DNA of 59,535 nt, filler included. It is 6 parts of 6 records of this genome, joined end to end, with 100 filler letters (N's around TTAATTAATTAA, not from the genome) between each part and the next. Parts side by side here need not be neighbours in the genome. Positions count along the whole stretch, not along the records: positions 21,484 to 36,603 come from SRR2962707_4537; positions 36,704 to 46,918 come from SRR2962707_4538; 4 more parts are not named here. One strand, given 5' to 3'. Under the pieces are notes generated by a model, which searched no databases, was not told where the DNA came from, and saw only the letters and a list, made by a program, of their open reading frames with translations. Shown here piece after piece: positions 29,201-41,222 of the stretch (positions are counted from its first letter, which is position 1; every line of letters starts with the position of its first letter). The translations under genes and the position numbers were made by a program.

Positions 29201-29310
29201 GAAAAAGCTCCGGAGGATGGTATGCCCGCCGCTATACCCTGCCTTTGGTTGTTTGACCATGAGAGTTGGTCCTCTTTTCTGCGAGAATTCGATGGAATTC
29301 CAAGCGTGAT

Positions 29311-29344
29311 GCCTCCGGCGGGGATATTTTAAGCCAAAAGATAA
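29311..29344 (+). repeat. Short intergenic repeat-like element
   Basis: gcctccggcggggatattttaagccaaaagat resembles a dispersed Rhodobacteraceae intergenic repeat as I recall it; not verifiable within this window. Confidence 0.45.
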
Positions 29345-29411
29345 TAGGGGCGTTCTTGCGGATGATGGCCGTACGGCGTAACCACAGCGCAGGAATTTTG
29401 CAGGGGACGCT

Positions 29412-30158
29412 ATGCCTTCGGATACACCACAGCCGGTTTTTGTTTTGGTTCGCCCGCAGATGGGCGAAAATATCGGTGCCGCGGCACGGGCCATGTGGAA
29501 TTTTGGTTTGGACAGAATGCATGTGGTCAGCCCCCGTGATGGCTGGCCAAACCCTAAGGCGGTTGCGATGGCTTCTGGTGCCGGGCGATTGCTGGACGAG
29601 GCCGTTTTACACGAGCGTACGGTCGATGCCGTCGCCGATTGTGCATTTGTCTTTGCGACAACGGCCCGGCAACGCGGGCTGACAAAACCAGTCGTGACCC
29701 CTGAACGTGCCATGGAAATGGCGCGCAAAAAAATCGCCGCCGGAGAAAAAATCGCCGTTTTATTTGGTCCAGAGCGCGCCGGGCTTGAAAATGATGACAT
29801 TGCTTTGGCAAATGCGATTATTTCAGTACCAGTGAACCCGGAATTTCCGTCTCTCAACCTCGGACAATGTGTCCTGTTGAACGCATATGAGTGGCGGCGC
29901 GGCTCGGTTGACACTGTTGCGGAGACCGTTGAGCTTGCCGGGTCGCAATGGGCCACGGCTATTGAGGTGGAAAAGCTCGCACAACATTACGAAGAGCGTC
30001 TTGATACGGCTGGTTTCTTTTACCCGGAAACCAAAGCGGCTGGCATGAAGACAAATTTACGAAATCTCTGGAGCCGGATGCGATTGACACGGTCGGACGT
30101 CCAGATGTTGCATGGGGTGATGCGTCAAATGGTACGCTGGAAAGAACGGGGTGAGTGA
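29412..30158 (+). CDS. trmJ: tRNA/RNA 2'-O-methyltransferase (TrmJ/LasT, SPOUT)
   Basis: PQMGENIGAAARAM.NFG, ATTAR, LFGPERAGL and SLNLGQ. Confidence 0.9.
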   Translation: MPSDTPQPVFVLVRPQMGENIGAAARAMWNFGLDRMHVVSPRDGWPNPKAVAMASGAGRLLDEAVLHERTVDAVADCAFVFATTARQRGLTKPVVTPERAMEMARKKIAAGEKIAVLFGPERAGLENDDIALANAIISVPVNPEFPSLNLGQCVLLNAYEWRRGSVDTVAETVELAGSQWATAIEVEKLAQHYEERLDTAGFFYPETKAAGMKTNLRNLWSRMRLTRSDVQMLHGVMRQMVRWKERGE

Positions 30159-30218
30159 CTTGAAGGCACCCTACCGCTGCCCTAACCTCTGTATGACGTT
30201 GACAGGAGTGTTCTACTG

Positions 30219-31367
30219 ATGAGCAGCAAACGTAACATTTTTGAAGAGGTTGGTCCGGATACGATCACCGACCAGCCACCTGTGGGCGGGATGATCGACA
30301 AGGGCAAAGGCAATTCAAGGCGCGGCATTCAAATTTGGCTGTTTATCTTGTTTGCGATGGTCTTGGTGATGATCGTTGTCGGCGGGCTCACACGTCTGAC
30401 AGACAGTGGACTGTCGATCACCGAGTGGGCTCCGATCTCCGGGGCCTTGCCACCAACCAGCCCGGAAGCCTGGGCGCTTGCATTTGAGAAATACAAAACG
30501 ATCCCGGAGTACGAGCTTCAAAACAAAGGGATGAGCCTGAGCGAGTTCCAGTTCATTTATTGGTGGGAATGGGGGCATCGTCAGCTTGGCCGAACCATCG
30601 GCCTTGTCTGGGCCATAGGCTTCTTTGGTTTTCTGGTCACCAAACGTATCCCTGTTGGCTGGACGGGGCGCCTACTCTTGTTGGGTGTGCTGGGTGGGGG
30701 CCAGGGGGCGATCGGCTGGTGGATGGTGTCTTCGGGCCTCGAAGGAAGCCGTTTGGATGTCGCAAGCTACCGTCTGGCCACACATCTTGGATTGGCCTTC
30801 ATCATACTCGGCGTCATAGCTTGGTTCATTTTCCTCCTTGGCCGCGAAGAGCGGGTTTTGATGCACGCACGTCGCAACCGGGAGCCAAGGCTGATCGCCT
30901 TGAGCACAGGTCTTTTGCATTTCAGCTTTCTTCAAATACTCATCGGCGCCTTGGTCGCTGGGATTGACGCTGGACGGACCTTCAATGATTGGCCATTGAT
31001 GGCGGGGGCCTTCTTACCACCGTTCCCCTTTGACCTCGAACCGATCTGGCGCAACTTTTTTGAAAATGCCGGTCTGGTGCAATTCATTCACCGTATGGCG
31101 GGCTATCTCTTGCTTGTCTTTGGTATCATCGTCTGGCGCGCCGGACGCCGCTCCCCAAACTACGACACGCGTTTTCGATTCAACGCAGTGATGGCGATGC
31201 TGTTGGTTCAAATGGTCCTTGGGATCGTGACCGTGCTCTACATGGCACCTTGGCAAATTGCCATCGTGCATCAAATCGGTGCGGTCGTTCTCTGGGTCTT
31301 AATCCTGCGTGCACGTTTTGGCGCTAAATACCCAATATATCAATCTGTACGAGGTGCCAAAAAATGA
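30219..31367 (+). CDS. ctaA: Heme A synthase (type 2, COX15-like)
   Basis: GGLTRLTDSGLSITEW, WEWGHR, RLATHL, QFIHR and HQ. Confidence 0.95.
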   Translation: MSSKRNIFEEVGPDTITDQPPVGGMIDKGKGNSRRGIQIWLFILFAMVLVMIVVGGLTRLTDSGLSITEWAPISGALPPTSPEAWALAFEKYKTIPEYELQNKGMSLSEFQFIYWWEWGHRQLGRTIGLVWAIGFFGFLVTKRIPVGWTGRLLLLGVLGGGQGAIGWWMVSSGLEGSRLDVASYRLATHLGLAFIILGVIAWFIFLLGREERVLMHARRNREPRLIALSTGLLHFSFLQILIGALVAGIDAGRTFNDWPLMAGAFLPPFPFDLEPIWRNFFENAGLVQFIHRMAGYLLLVFGIIVWRAGRRSPNYDTRFRFNAVMAMLLVQMVLGIVTVLYMAPWQIAIVHQIGAVVLWVLILRARFGAKYPIYQSVRGAKK

Positions 31368-32839
31368 CAGCTTTTGACGAGCTTATGGATTATGAGCACA
31401 CAACACAGGCCTTGTCAGCAGTGGCTGGACGCTTGAACTGGGATCAGGAAACCATGATGCCGCGCGGCTCCGCGAGCCAACGGGGGGAGGAATCCGCTGC
31501 CCTAGAAACGGTGCTGCACGCCCGGCGCACCGACCCAAAAGTTGGGAATTGGCTTGCTGCGATTGATGACAGTGCACTGGACCCTGTGGCACAGGCCAAG
31601 ATCCGTCATATTCGCCGCAGTTTTGAGCGTACCTCTCGTATTCCCGAAGCGTTGGCCAGCGAAATTGCCCGCGTTTGCAGCGTCGGACAGGGCAAATGGG
31701 CCGCTGCGCGCGCAGAGGACGATTTTGCCAGTTTCGCGCCGGTACTTAAGGAAGTGATCCGTCTCAAACGCGAAGAAGGGGCGGCTTTGGCCAATGGCGG
31801 GGATGTCTATGACGCGTTGCTGGACGACTACGAACCCGGCGGTTCTGCGGCTGATTTATCCGCGATGTTTGATGCGTTGCGTCCCGGCCTCGTCGATTTG
31901 CGCGAAGCCATTCTGGCACAACCACAACCTGTCGGCCTGACAGGAACCTTCGACAGCCAAAAGCAAATGGCGTTGAGTCGATCGCTCGCCAGGGCCTTTG
32001 GCTATGATATGTCGCGCGGTCGGGTCGACAAAGCCGTCCACCCTTTCAGCTCTGGTTCTGGGAACGATGTGCGCATCACCACGCGAACAGACGAAGCGGA
32101 TCCGTTTAACTGTATTTACTCGACGATTCATGAAGTTGGTCACGGCGCCTATGAGCAGAATATTGATCAGGCCTATCTATTGACGCCCTTGGGCAGCGGT
32201 GTTTCGATGGGCGTACATGAAAGCCAAAGTCGAATTTACGAAAATCAATTGGGGCGCAGCCGGCCGTTTTGCCATTGGCTCTTTGGCCAGATGAAAGACG
32301 CGTTTGGCGACATTGGAGTTCCGGATGCAGAGGCGTTCTACCGCGCGGTCAATACCGTCAAAAATGGCTATATCCGTACCGAAGCGGATGAGGTTCAATA
32401 CAACCTTCATGTGTTGATGCGTTTCGATCTGGAGCGTGCCTTGATTGGCGGCGATCTAGAAGCAGACGAACTGGAAACCGCTTGGAATGACCGGTTTGAG
32501 GCTGACTTTGGCTACAAAGTCGACAAAGCGTCAAACGGGGTCTTGCAGGATGTTCACTGGTCTGTTGGACTGCTGGGGTATTTCCCAACCTATTCCCTTG
32601 GAAATGTCTATGCAGGTTGTCTGAACGAAGCCTTGCGAGACGCTGTACCTAATCTGGATGACCAACTGTCCAAAGGGGATACATCCAGCGCGACAGAGTG
32701 GCTTAGGAGCAACCTGCAACAACACGGGGGCTTGTATCACCCCCGCGAAGTTATCACAAAAGCCGCTGGCAAAGCACCGACAGAGGCGCCATTGCTGGCC
32801 TATCTTAAGGCAAAGTTCAGCGACCTGTACGGGCTTTAA
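31364..32839 (+). CDS. Carboxypeptidase Taq (M32)
   Basis: HPF, DVRITTR, HEVGH, HESQS, IRTEADE, QDVHW and GYFPTY. Confidence 0.95.
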   Translation: MTAFDELMDYEHTTQALSAVAGRLNWDQETMMPRGSASQRGEESAALETVLHARRTDPKVGNWLAAIDDSALDPVAQAKIRHIRRSFERTSRIPEALASEIARVCSVGQGKWAAARAEDDFASFAPVLKEVIRLKREEGAALANGGDVYDALLDDYEPGGSAADLSAMFDALRPGLVDLREAILAQPQPVGLTGTFDSQKQMALSRSLARAFGYDMSRGRVDKAVHPFSSGSGNDVRITTRTDEADPFNCIYSTIHEVGHGAYEQNIDQAYLLTPLGSGVSMGVHESQSRIYENQLGRSRPFCHWLFGQMKDAFGDIGVPDAEAFYRAVNTVKNGYIRTEADEVQYNLHVLMRFDLERALIGGDLEADELETAWNDRFEADFGYKVDKASNGVLQDVHWSVGLLGYFPTYSLGNVYAGCLNEALRDAVPNLDDQLSKGDTSSATEWLRSNLQQHGGLYHPREVITKAAGKAPTEAPLLAYLKAKFSDLYGL

Positions 32840-33525
32840 TAGGCAGGAAACACAGAGCGGGAGTCGCGTTGTCCAAACGTGGCTCCGCCGCCAAAGGGTA
32901 TGGTCAACATTGTCGAAACAATTGTCTCTTTTTGCCCCGTCCGGCCGACGGTCATCGTCAAATCCATGTTGTTTGAAAAACCATAGACGGTCCCAAGATA
33001 GCCATAGGTCTTTTCGTCACCTGAGAGGGTTTGACCATGCAGACCTGACACCAAATTGATCTTGTCAAACCACCCCAGATCAATTTCTGCATCAACACCA
33101 TAGCGGACACCGGCGGCGTCACTTTTGATGACATCGATACCTGCGACATATCCTTGAATATCCAAAGCATCAGTTTGGTAGCGCAACTCGGTACCGTAAT
33201 AGAAATAATTGCCCGGACGGGTATCATCGCCGGCCAAAAAACCACCTAAAGTTACTTCCGGTGAAACGTCATAGGTAAAATGCATCGCCACAGATGGCGA
33301 CGTCGACCATGTGTCCTCATATTTGGCCGCTCCAAGGTCAAACTGAAGCGATGTTCGCTCGCTCAATCCCAAGTCAAACTGCATCGCAATGCGTTTGGAA
33401 TTGTTTGAAGCGTCCGTATTGCGCGAAAGTTGAAGCTCCAAGGCACCGCTAATATTTTCTTGCGAAAATGCCGGGGTTGCCAAGCTCACAACACCCAACA
33501 AAGCCATTCTTGCAAGAGAGCACAT
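32836..33525 (-). CDS. Hypothetical exported protein, probable outer-membrane beta-barrel
   Basis: Signal-peptide-like N-terminus (..ATPAFS|Q), alternating amphipathic Tyr/Gly-rich strands, and lower GC than its neighbours. Confidence 0.65.
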   Translation of the reverse strand: MCSLARMALLGVVSLATPAFSQENISGALELQLSRNTDASNNSKRIAMQFDLGLSERTSLQFDLGAAKYEDTWSTSPSVAMHFTYDVSPEVTLGGFLAGDDTRPGNYFYYGTELRYQTDALDIQGYVAGIDVIKSDAAGVRYGVDAEIDLGWFDKINLVSGLHGQTLSGDEKTYGYLGTVYGFSNNMDLTMTVGRTGQKETIVSTMLTIPFGGGATFGQRDSRSVFPAY

Positions 33526-33594
33526 TGTTGAAATCCTTTTTCAATCCTGTCCTCCCATTTAAGGACTATCCTGTGAGATACAGCCCCTCAACGC

Positions 33595-33622
33595 AAAAGG
33601 CCGTCGAAACCCGACGGCCTTT
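33595..33622 (-). terminator. gyrA terminator
   Basis: aaaggccgtcg-aaacc-cgacggccttt. Confidence 0.8.
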
Positions 33623-33644
33623 CAGCAAGTTTTAGCCGATGACC

Positions 33645-36383
33645 TTAAGTCTCGGAAGACTCTTCGACGTCATCTTGTTCACCTTGGTCCGCAATCCAAG
33701 CAACGCTGACCACCACTTCGTCTTTACCGGTGTTAAAGACTTTAACCCCACCGGCGCTGCGCGACCTAAAGCTGATGCCTTCGACAGGGACACGAATAGA
33801 TTGGCCCTTAGACGTGGCCAGCATGATCTGGTCATCCAGCTCGACAGGGAAAGACGCCACAACAGCACCACCGCGCATTGCTTTATCCATGGCTGTGACA
33901 CCCATACCGCCGCGTCCACGCACAGGATAATCATGGCTAGAGCTAAGCTTACCTGAACCTTGCGCCGAGATAGTTAGGATCAAATTCTCGAAAGCTGACA
34001 TTTCTGCATAACGTTCTTGCGTGATCAACCCCGGTGCTGCGTCTTCCTCGTCGGCCTCACCGTCATCTGCCAAACCGGCCACAGCGCGACGCATTTTCAG
34101 ATAAGCGGCGCGTTCTTGTGGATCAGCTTCAAAGTGACGGATAACAGACATCGAAACCACACGGTCATCGCCGTTCAGGCGAATGCCCCGAACCCCTGTT
34201 GATTTCCGCCCCTTGAAGACACGAACATCTGTGGTTGGGAAGCGGATGGCCCGGCCTGAATTCGTGACCAGCATCACATCGTCATCTTCTGATGCGATAC
34301 GCGCATTCACCAATTCAACACCTTCAGGCAAGTCCATCGCGATTTTGCCGTTGCGCATCACATTCGTGAAATCAGACAGCGCGTTGCGGCGCACGTCGCC
34401 GGCAGAGGTTGCAAAGATGATCTGGAGATCCGCCCATTCTTTTTCATCCCGGTCCACCGGCATAATCGCAGCAATGGAAACACCAACCGGAATCGGCAGA
34501 ATATTCACAATAGCCTTACCCTTGGCAGTCCGACCACCTTGGGGCAAACGCCAGGTCTTGAGCTTGTAAACCATCCCATCGGTCGTGAAGAACAGTAGTT
34601 GGGTATGGGTATTGGCAACAAACAAGGTTGTTACGACATCATCATCTTTGGTCGACATGCCGGAAATACCTTTCCCGCCACGGCGCTGCGCACGGAAATC
34701 GGCCAAAGGTGTGCGTTTGATATAGCCGGTCTGCGTAACCGTCACGACCATGTCTTCGCGTTCGATTAGGTCTTCGTCATCCATGTCACCAGACCAGTCA
34801 ACGATCTCGGTCCGACGTGGTACAGCAAACAAGTCTTTAACTTCTTGCAGTTCGCTCGAAATAATTCCCATGATCCGATCGCGGCTCGAGAGAATTTCAA
34901 GGTATTCCTTGATCTTGCCGGCCAGTTCTTCCAACTCATCCGTCACTTCCTTGACACCAATTTGGGTCAAGCGTTGAAGGCGAAGCTCGAGAATGGCTCT
35001 GGCCTGAATTTCCGACAGGTTATACGTCCCGTCTTCGTTGGCCGTATGGGTCGGATCGTCAATCAGCGCGATATAAGGCAGAATATCGAACGCCGGCCAA
35101 CGACGGGTCATCAGTTTCAACCGCGCTTCCGCGGCATCCGCAGAGGCCCGGATTGTTGCGACGATTTCATCGATGTTTGTGACCGCCACAGCCAAACCAC
35201 AAAGAACATGGCTGCGTTCGCGCGCCTTGCGCAGCAAATAAGCCGTACGCCGCGCGACGACATCTTCGCGGAAATCAATGAAGGATGTCAGAAATTTGCG
35301 CAAAGTCAGCTGTTCCGGGCGGCCACCGTTCAGGGCCAGCATGTTACAGCCAAAGTAAGTTTGCATTGGCGTGAATCGGAACAATTGGTTCAGCACGACT
35401 TCGGCTGTGGCATCGCGCTTAAGTTCAACAACAACCCGAACACCGTTGCGATCAGATTCATCCTGAACATGGGCGATGCCCTCGATGCGTTTTTCACGTG
35501 CCGCCTCGGCGATCTTTTCGATCATGGAGGCCTTGTTCACCTGATAGGGGATTTCGTCCAGAACAATGGCCCAGCGATCCCGGCGAATTTCCTCAACCCG
35601 CGTTTTCGCGCGAATGACCACACTTCCGCGGCCTTCGAGATAGGCTTTGCGGGCACCGGAACGGCCCAGCATGATCCCACCCGTAGGGAAATCCGGCCCC
35701 GGCACAAAGTCGATCAACTGTTCTGACGTGAGGTCCGGATCGTCGATCAAGGCCAATGTGGCATCAATCACTTCACCCAGGTTATGTGGTGGAATATTTG
35801 TCGCCATACCAACCGCAATCCCGCCGGCGCCATTGACCAACATGTTTGGGAAACGGGCAGGGAGAACCGTCGGCTCTTGTTGTTTGCCGTCGTAGTTGTC
35901 CTGATAATCAACAGTGTCTTTGTCGATGTCCGCCAGAAGGTAGGCCGCAGGCTTGTCCATCCGCACTTCGGTATAGCGCATCGCCGCAGCGTTATCACCA
36001 TCCATAGAGCCAAAGTTCCCCTGACCATCCAGCAAAGGCAGAGACATCGAAAAATCCTGCGCCATGCGAACAAGCGCGTCATAGATCGCCGAGTCCCCGT
36101 GAGGGTGGTACTGCCCCATCACATCACCGACTGGACGCGCGGATTTCCGATAGGACTTATCGTGGGTGTTATTTGTCTCATGCATCGCGAAAAGAATCCG
36201 CCGATGCACCGGTTTCAAACCATCCCTAAGATCGGGAATCGCCCGGCTGACGATCACGCTCATGGCGTAATCCAAATAGCTGGTCTTCATCTCGTCAGTG
36301 ATCGAGATTGTCGGACCGCTATGAACAGCACGTGCCGGCAAATTTTCTTCTGTATTTTCAGGAGTTTCTGGCGTGTCGCTCAC
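33645..36383 (-). CDS. gyrA: DNA gyrase subunit A
   Basis: [26 protein letters not shown] and the GyrA box QRRGGKG. Confidence 0.98.
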   Translation of the reverse strand: MSDTPETPENTEENLPARAVHSGPTISITDEMKTSYLDYAMSVIVSRAIPDLRDGLKPVHRRILFAMHETNNTHDKSYRKSARPVGDVMGQYHPHGDSAIYDALVRMAQDFSMSLPLLDGQGNFGSMDGDNAAAMRYTEVRMDKPAAYLLADIDKDTVDYQDNYDGKQQEPTVLPARFPNMLVNGAGGIAVGMATNIPPHNLGEVIDATLALIDDPDLTSEQLIDFVPGPDFPTGGIMLGRSGARKAYLEGRGSVVIRAKTRVEEIRRDRWAIVLDEIPYQVNKASMIEKIAEAAREKRIEGIAHVQDESDRNGVRVVVELKRDATAEVVLNQLFRFTPMQTYFGCNMLALNGGRPEQLTLRKFLTSFIDFREDVVARRTAYLLRKARERSHVLCGLAVAVTNIDEIVATIRASADAAEARLKLMTRRWPAFDILPYIALIDDPTHTANEDGTYNLSEIQARAILELRLQRLTQIGVKEVTDELEELAGKIKEYLEILSSRDRIMGIISSELQEVKDLFAVPRRTEIVDWSGDMDDEDLIEREDMVVTVTQTGYIKRTPLADFRAQRRGGKGISGMSTKDDDVVTTLFVANTHTQLLFFTTDGMVYKLKTWRLPQGGRTAKGKAIVNILPIPVGVSIAAIMPVDRDEKEWADLQIIFATSAGDVRRNALSDFTNVMRNGKIAMDLPEGVELVNARIASEDDDVMLVTNSGRAIRFPTTDVRVFKGRKSTGVRGIRLNGDDRVVSMSVIRHFEADPQERAAYLKMRRAVAGLADDGEADEEDAAPGLITQERYAEMSAFENLILTISAQGSGKLSSSHDYPVRGRGGMGVTAMDKAMRGGAVVASFPVELDDQIMLATSKGQSIRVPVEGISFRSRSAGGVKVFNTGKDEVVVSVAWIADQGEQDDVEESSET

Positions 36384-36603
36384 GAAGTGTGCCTGCTTTG
36401 TCTTAGTGCTACATTTAGTTTAGGCAACTATATCAGATGCAGGATATGGGGCGCAATGGCTGTCGCTCGGGGAAATGACCCCCTTTGGTCAGATGGGCAA
36501 AATTCGCCGATAATTCGAGCGAGCCCGCTCAATCGTTTTCCCGGATTGAACGGGAGTTGGCGTTCCTTTCAGCGCGTTGGGGGCTGTCTGCCCCCAAACC
36601 CCC

Positions 36604-36703
36604 NNNNNNNNNNNNNNNNNNNNNNNNNNNNNNNNNNNNNNNNNNNNTTAATTAATTAANNNNNNNNNNNNNNNNNNNNNNNNNNNNNNNNNNNNNNNNN
36701 NNN
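36604..36703. other. Artificial contig spacer
   Basis: N44-TTAATTAATTAA-N44. Confidence 0.99.
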
Positions 36704-36764
36704 CGGACACCGGAGCGCCGTAGCTGCGCAGCAGGGCTTTCGCCTGATACTCGTGGATGTTCAT
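36704..36764 (-). CDS. sucC: Succinyl-CoA synthetase beta subunit, N-terminal fragment
   Basis: MNIHEYQAKALLRSYGAPVS. Confidence 0.92.
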
Positions 36765-36868
36765 CGTAAACTGTCCCGTCTTGCTGCGATTGCTTCTGTA
36801 TAGGCATAGAGTTTCCTTATGTTTAATGGAAATATCACCGGTACCGCGCATTTTTGGCATTTTCCGCC

Positions 36869-36905
36869 TTTTGTGATCACGCGATAAAATTCCGTGATCA
36901 CAAAA
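36869..36905. promoter_or_regulatory. Tandem GTGATCAC operator-like element upstream of sucC
   Basis: ttttGTGATCAC-N13-GTGATCACaaaa. Confidence 0.65.
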
Positions 36906-37021
36906 TATGGCGAGCTCTTCTGCTCTGTTCATTTTATAATCTGGTCCCCGGAATCGCAGGGATGTTGTCAGGCCAGGCTGCGCGCTTTAGACCGGGCGAT
37001 GCATCAGACAAGGACATCCGC

Positions 37022-38095
37022 ATGCAGCGTCTTGAACGGATCAGCGACGAACGGCACGATCCCGGCACCATGCCTATCGTCGCCCTGGCCCACAACGAAC
37101 GCAACATTTTGCCCGATTTCCTGGCGCATTACCGAAGCCTCTGTGCGGCGTCCTTTTTTATCGTCGACGACCATTCCACCGACGGCAGTCGCGCCTACCT
37201 TGCGGCGCAGCCGGACGTGACGCTGTTTCAACCTGTCGCGGGTGCCGAGTTCCTGAAAGAGCGTGCGATCTGGAAATCCGGGCTATTGGATCACTACGGA
37301 AGCGGTAAATGGTGTATGGCCCCAGACATCGATGAACATTTCGTCTGGCCCGGAATGCCTGATCGCAGCATTGCCAATTACATCAGCGCACTTGAGGCAG
37401 AGGGGGCCGAAGCTGTCGCGGCCCTGATGATCGACATGTATGGCGACCTGCCGCTGAGCGATCATGTGCACGGTCCCGAAAGCGGCGTTTCCCTACAGGA
37501 ACGGTTCCCGCTGTTTGATGGGCCGGGGCCTTTTCCGCTAGGGTATTTCATGCGGCCCATTTCGACCGCGCAGTCGCGGGATCGACCGACCCCGCCTGTA
37601 CGTTTTAACGGTGGTGCGCGTGATCGGTTGTTTTTTCTCAGTGACCGTCGGGCGACCCGCCCGCAATCCTGGCTGATTGAACGCTATTTGCGTATGGATC
37701 AACGCGTCACACCCACTGTTCGTGATCTGCCGATGCGGATGATCGCCCGACAGATGACCCGGCATCTGTTCGAAAATGCGCTGAACGCGACCAAGGTGGC
37801 TCTGTTCCGCTGGCGGACTGGCATGATGTTCAACGGTCATAAGGTGGACCGGCGTCTGGTCATGTCAGAAAGTATTTCTGCCTTGCTGCATTATCCCTTT
37901 ACCCGCGGGCAGGCAGGGGTTGAATATATCGTCAATCGCGGGCAGCATGCAGGGGGCAGTCGGTATTACCGCAAACTGTTGGATAGTGGTGGGTTGGGCC
38001 GCTCACCTATCATTGGGCAAAGCCTGAATTATAAAGGATCGCACAGCCTTGGTGGATTGATCCGGGATATTCCGGATCGCAGTCGAGGATTTTAG
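37022..38095 (+). CDS. Glycosyltransferase family 2-like protein
   Basis: HNE...FLAHYR, IVDDHSTDGS and W...DIDE; RBS AAGGA before ATG 37022. Confidence 0.85.
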   Translation: MQRLERISDERHDPGTMPIVALAHNERNILPDFLAHYRSLCAASFFIVDDHSTDGSRAYLAAQPDVTLFQPVAGAEFLKERAIWKSGLLDHYGSGKWCMAPDIDEHFVWPGMPDRSIANYISALEAEGAEAVAALMIDMYGDLPLSDHVHGPESGVSLQERFPLFDGPGPFPLGYFMRPISTAQSRDRPTPPVRFNGGARDRLFFLSDRRATRPQSWLIERYLRMDQRVTPTVRDLPMRMIARQMTRHLFENALNATKVALFRWRTGMMFNGHKVDRRLVMSESISALLHYPFTRGQAGVEYIVNRGQHAGGSRYYRKLLDSGGLGRSPIIGQSLNYKGSHSLGGLIRDIPDRSRGF

Positions 38096-38939
38096 GCCTT
38101 CACCTGCCACAGAAATAGCAGCGACTTGCGCCAAACCTTGTTGATAAACCCGCCGAGACCCCTGTCAGCCAGGGGTCGTAGGTGCGGATCCCACGTGCCG
38201 CCCAATGTCCGGTCTGCCGCCAGCATCCGCTGAATGTGGTTCCAGTGGGCAGGTCCTATGGCATCCTGGGGGCGGGTGATTCGTTTATCCTTGCGCTTGA
38301 TATGGCCGTTGAACCGCAACAGATGCAGAATTCTGGGCGCGGTGTCCTTGCGGGTCAGCGGCTCGATCCAGCGATATTGCATGAGGTTGTATTCGGGCGG
38401 CAGGATCGCCACCCGCAGATCGCTAAGGTACAGCAGTTCGCGCATCGGGGCCTGGTCGCGCCGCTGCTTTGGGTCATCAATCAGCGCCTGTTCAACATCC
38501 GCAATAAGCTGCAGCACGGCATCCGAACGTTTGATGGCTATCAGCCCGCCATTGATCTGTGGAAATGCGGCCGGAATCGGCTGACGCCAGATTTGAAGCG
38601 CGTGGTCGCTGTTGCGATGCTGGTTGTGCACGCCCGCGAAATCGAAGCGATCCAGAAGATCAAATATGTCCGTCGGGTCGGCGAGGATAAACATATCCGC
38701 GTCAAGATAGATTGTTCTGTCAAAGCGCGATCCACGCAGCGCCTCGAATTTGGGGCGGAACCAGGAACGGTTGATATAGTGGATCTGATCAAAGACCTCG
38801 GTCCCCGGTACCTCGGTATCGGTAAAGAGGTCGATCTGGGCAGCCGGGCATACCGCGCGAAGCGATCGCGCGGCATTTACGGCCACGGGGCCGTGTCGGT
38901 TGCCCGACACGGCAAACACAAATCCGCAGCTGTCGCTCA

Positions 38940-38940
<1 letters not shown>
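38092..38940 (-). CDS. GT-A fold nucleotide-diphospho-sugar transferase (GT8-like)
   Basis: FDRTIYLDAD, NGG, DQ, LPPEYN and ILH; start overlaps the mdh stop (TAATG). Confidence 0.82.
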
Positions 38941-39929
<989 letters not shown>

Positions 39930-40061
39930 TCAGGCAATGGCTAGTGCTTTGTGCGCGCTCGTGCAAGAGCGCCGCAGCGCGGCGAGGTAGGTCCTGGGGG
40001 CTGTCAAAGGTCGTCAGTTGCGGATAAGTCTAAGCTATCAAAGCAGTTAGGCGGACCTGAC

Positions 40062-40817
40062 GTGGAACTTTTGACTTTGCCGATTCTGGCGTGGGCGATC
40101 CCAGCTGTGCTGTTTGCGGGCATTTCCAAGGGTGGCTTTGGATCGGGTGCAGCCTTTGCCAGCTCCTCGATTCTGGCCATTGTGCTGGATCCGGGACAGG
40201 CATTGGGTATCATGCTGCCGCTGCTGATGCTGATCGATACCGCCAGCCTGCCTGCCTACTGGAAAAAGTGGAATTGGCCCGATGCACGCATCCTGATGCT
40301 GGGCGCGGTGCCGGGCACGATTTTGGGAGCTGCATTTTACAGGGTGGCCGATCCCGATGTGATCCGCTTTCTGATTGGTACCATCGGAATTGCATTTGTT
40401 GCCTGGCAAATGGCACAAAAGGCAGGGCTGATCCGGTTGGCAGAGCACCGGTTCGGCGCGCGGATCGGGCTGACCGCCGGGGCGGTCATCGGTTTTACCA
40501 GTTTTGTCAGTCACGCGGGTGGACCTGCTGCGGCGGTTTACCTGCTCGGACAACGTTTGCCAAAGACAACCTTTCAGGCCACCACGGTTTTGGTCTTCTG
40601 GGCCGTAAACCTTTTCAAAGGCTTCATTTATGCATTTATGGGCATCTTCACGCTAGAGACGCTAACGCTCGACTTGGTGCTGTCGCCGGTTGCCGTGTTG
40701 GGTACCTGGATCGGAATCCGCGCCCACTCGGTGGTGCCCGAGCGCCTGTTTTTCGGGCTGACCTATGCGATGTTACTGATCACCGGGGGCAAGCTGATCT
40801 GGGATGCACTGACCTGA
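40062..40817 (+). CDS. TauE/SafE (sulfite exporter) family membrane protein
   Basis: GISKGGFGSG and SFVSHAGGP; multiple TM segments; GTG start. Confidence 0.85.
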   Translation: MELLTLPILAWAIPAVLFAGISKGGFGSGAAFASSSILAIVLDPGQALGIMLPLLMLIDTASLPAYWKKWNWPDARILMLGAVPGTILGAAFYRVADPDVIRFLIGTIGIAFVAWQMAQKAGLIRLAEHRFGARIGLTAGAVIGFTSFVSHAGGPAAAVYLLGQRLPKTTFQATTVLVFWAVNLFKGFIYAFMGIFTLETLTLDLVLSPVAVLGTWIGIRAHSVVPERLFFGLTYAMLLITGGKLIWDALT

Positions 40818-40907
40818 GGGTCACTGTTTCGACGGCCCTTTTTGCTGCGACACACGACCAATGGTTTTTGGGTCGCAGCATCGTTTGGTTTTCCCGCGCC
40901 GGACCTG

Positions 40908-41222
40908 TCAGGCATCATTGCCTTGCGTGGGCAGCGCTTCGACCATAGTTTCAAATGCCTGACCACTGGCGACGAGGCAGGTCATGCCATCTGCCCGCGT
41001 CATTGTTATGGTCCAGGTACCGGTGTCGCCCGATGCAAAAACCTCAACCACTGCATTGTCCGTGCCAAGACCGATTGATTGGCGCGTCTCACCATATTTT
41101 GAGGCAAGTCGGTCCACCACCTTGTCCCGTGGTGCACAGTTATTGCTTTGCGCCAGTGCCGGGCTTGCAAAGCTCAATGCCAATACTGCTCCGGTCAAAA
41201 CTGCCTTCTTCATTCGTTCCAT
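40908..41222 (-). CDS. Hypothetical secreted protein with two Cys
   Basis: Signal peptide ..PALA|Q, then CAPR..L..KYGE..GTWTI..CLVASG. Confidence 0.75.
   Translation of the reverse strand: MERMKKAVLTGAVLALSFASPALAQSNNCAPRDKVVDRLASKYGETRQSIGLGTDNAVVEVFASGDTGTWTITMTRADGMTCLVASGQAFETMVEALPTQGNDA

Noticed and set aside
29201-29956. 459-aa extended version of the ThiE-like ORF
   Set aside because: The extension is antisense to trmJ; homology begins at MSDIEQPQLYLITP (29200).
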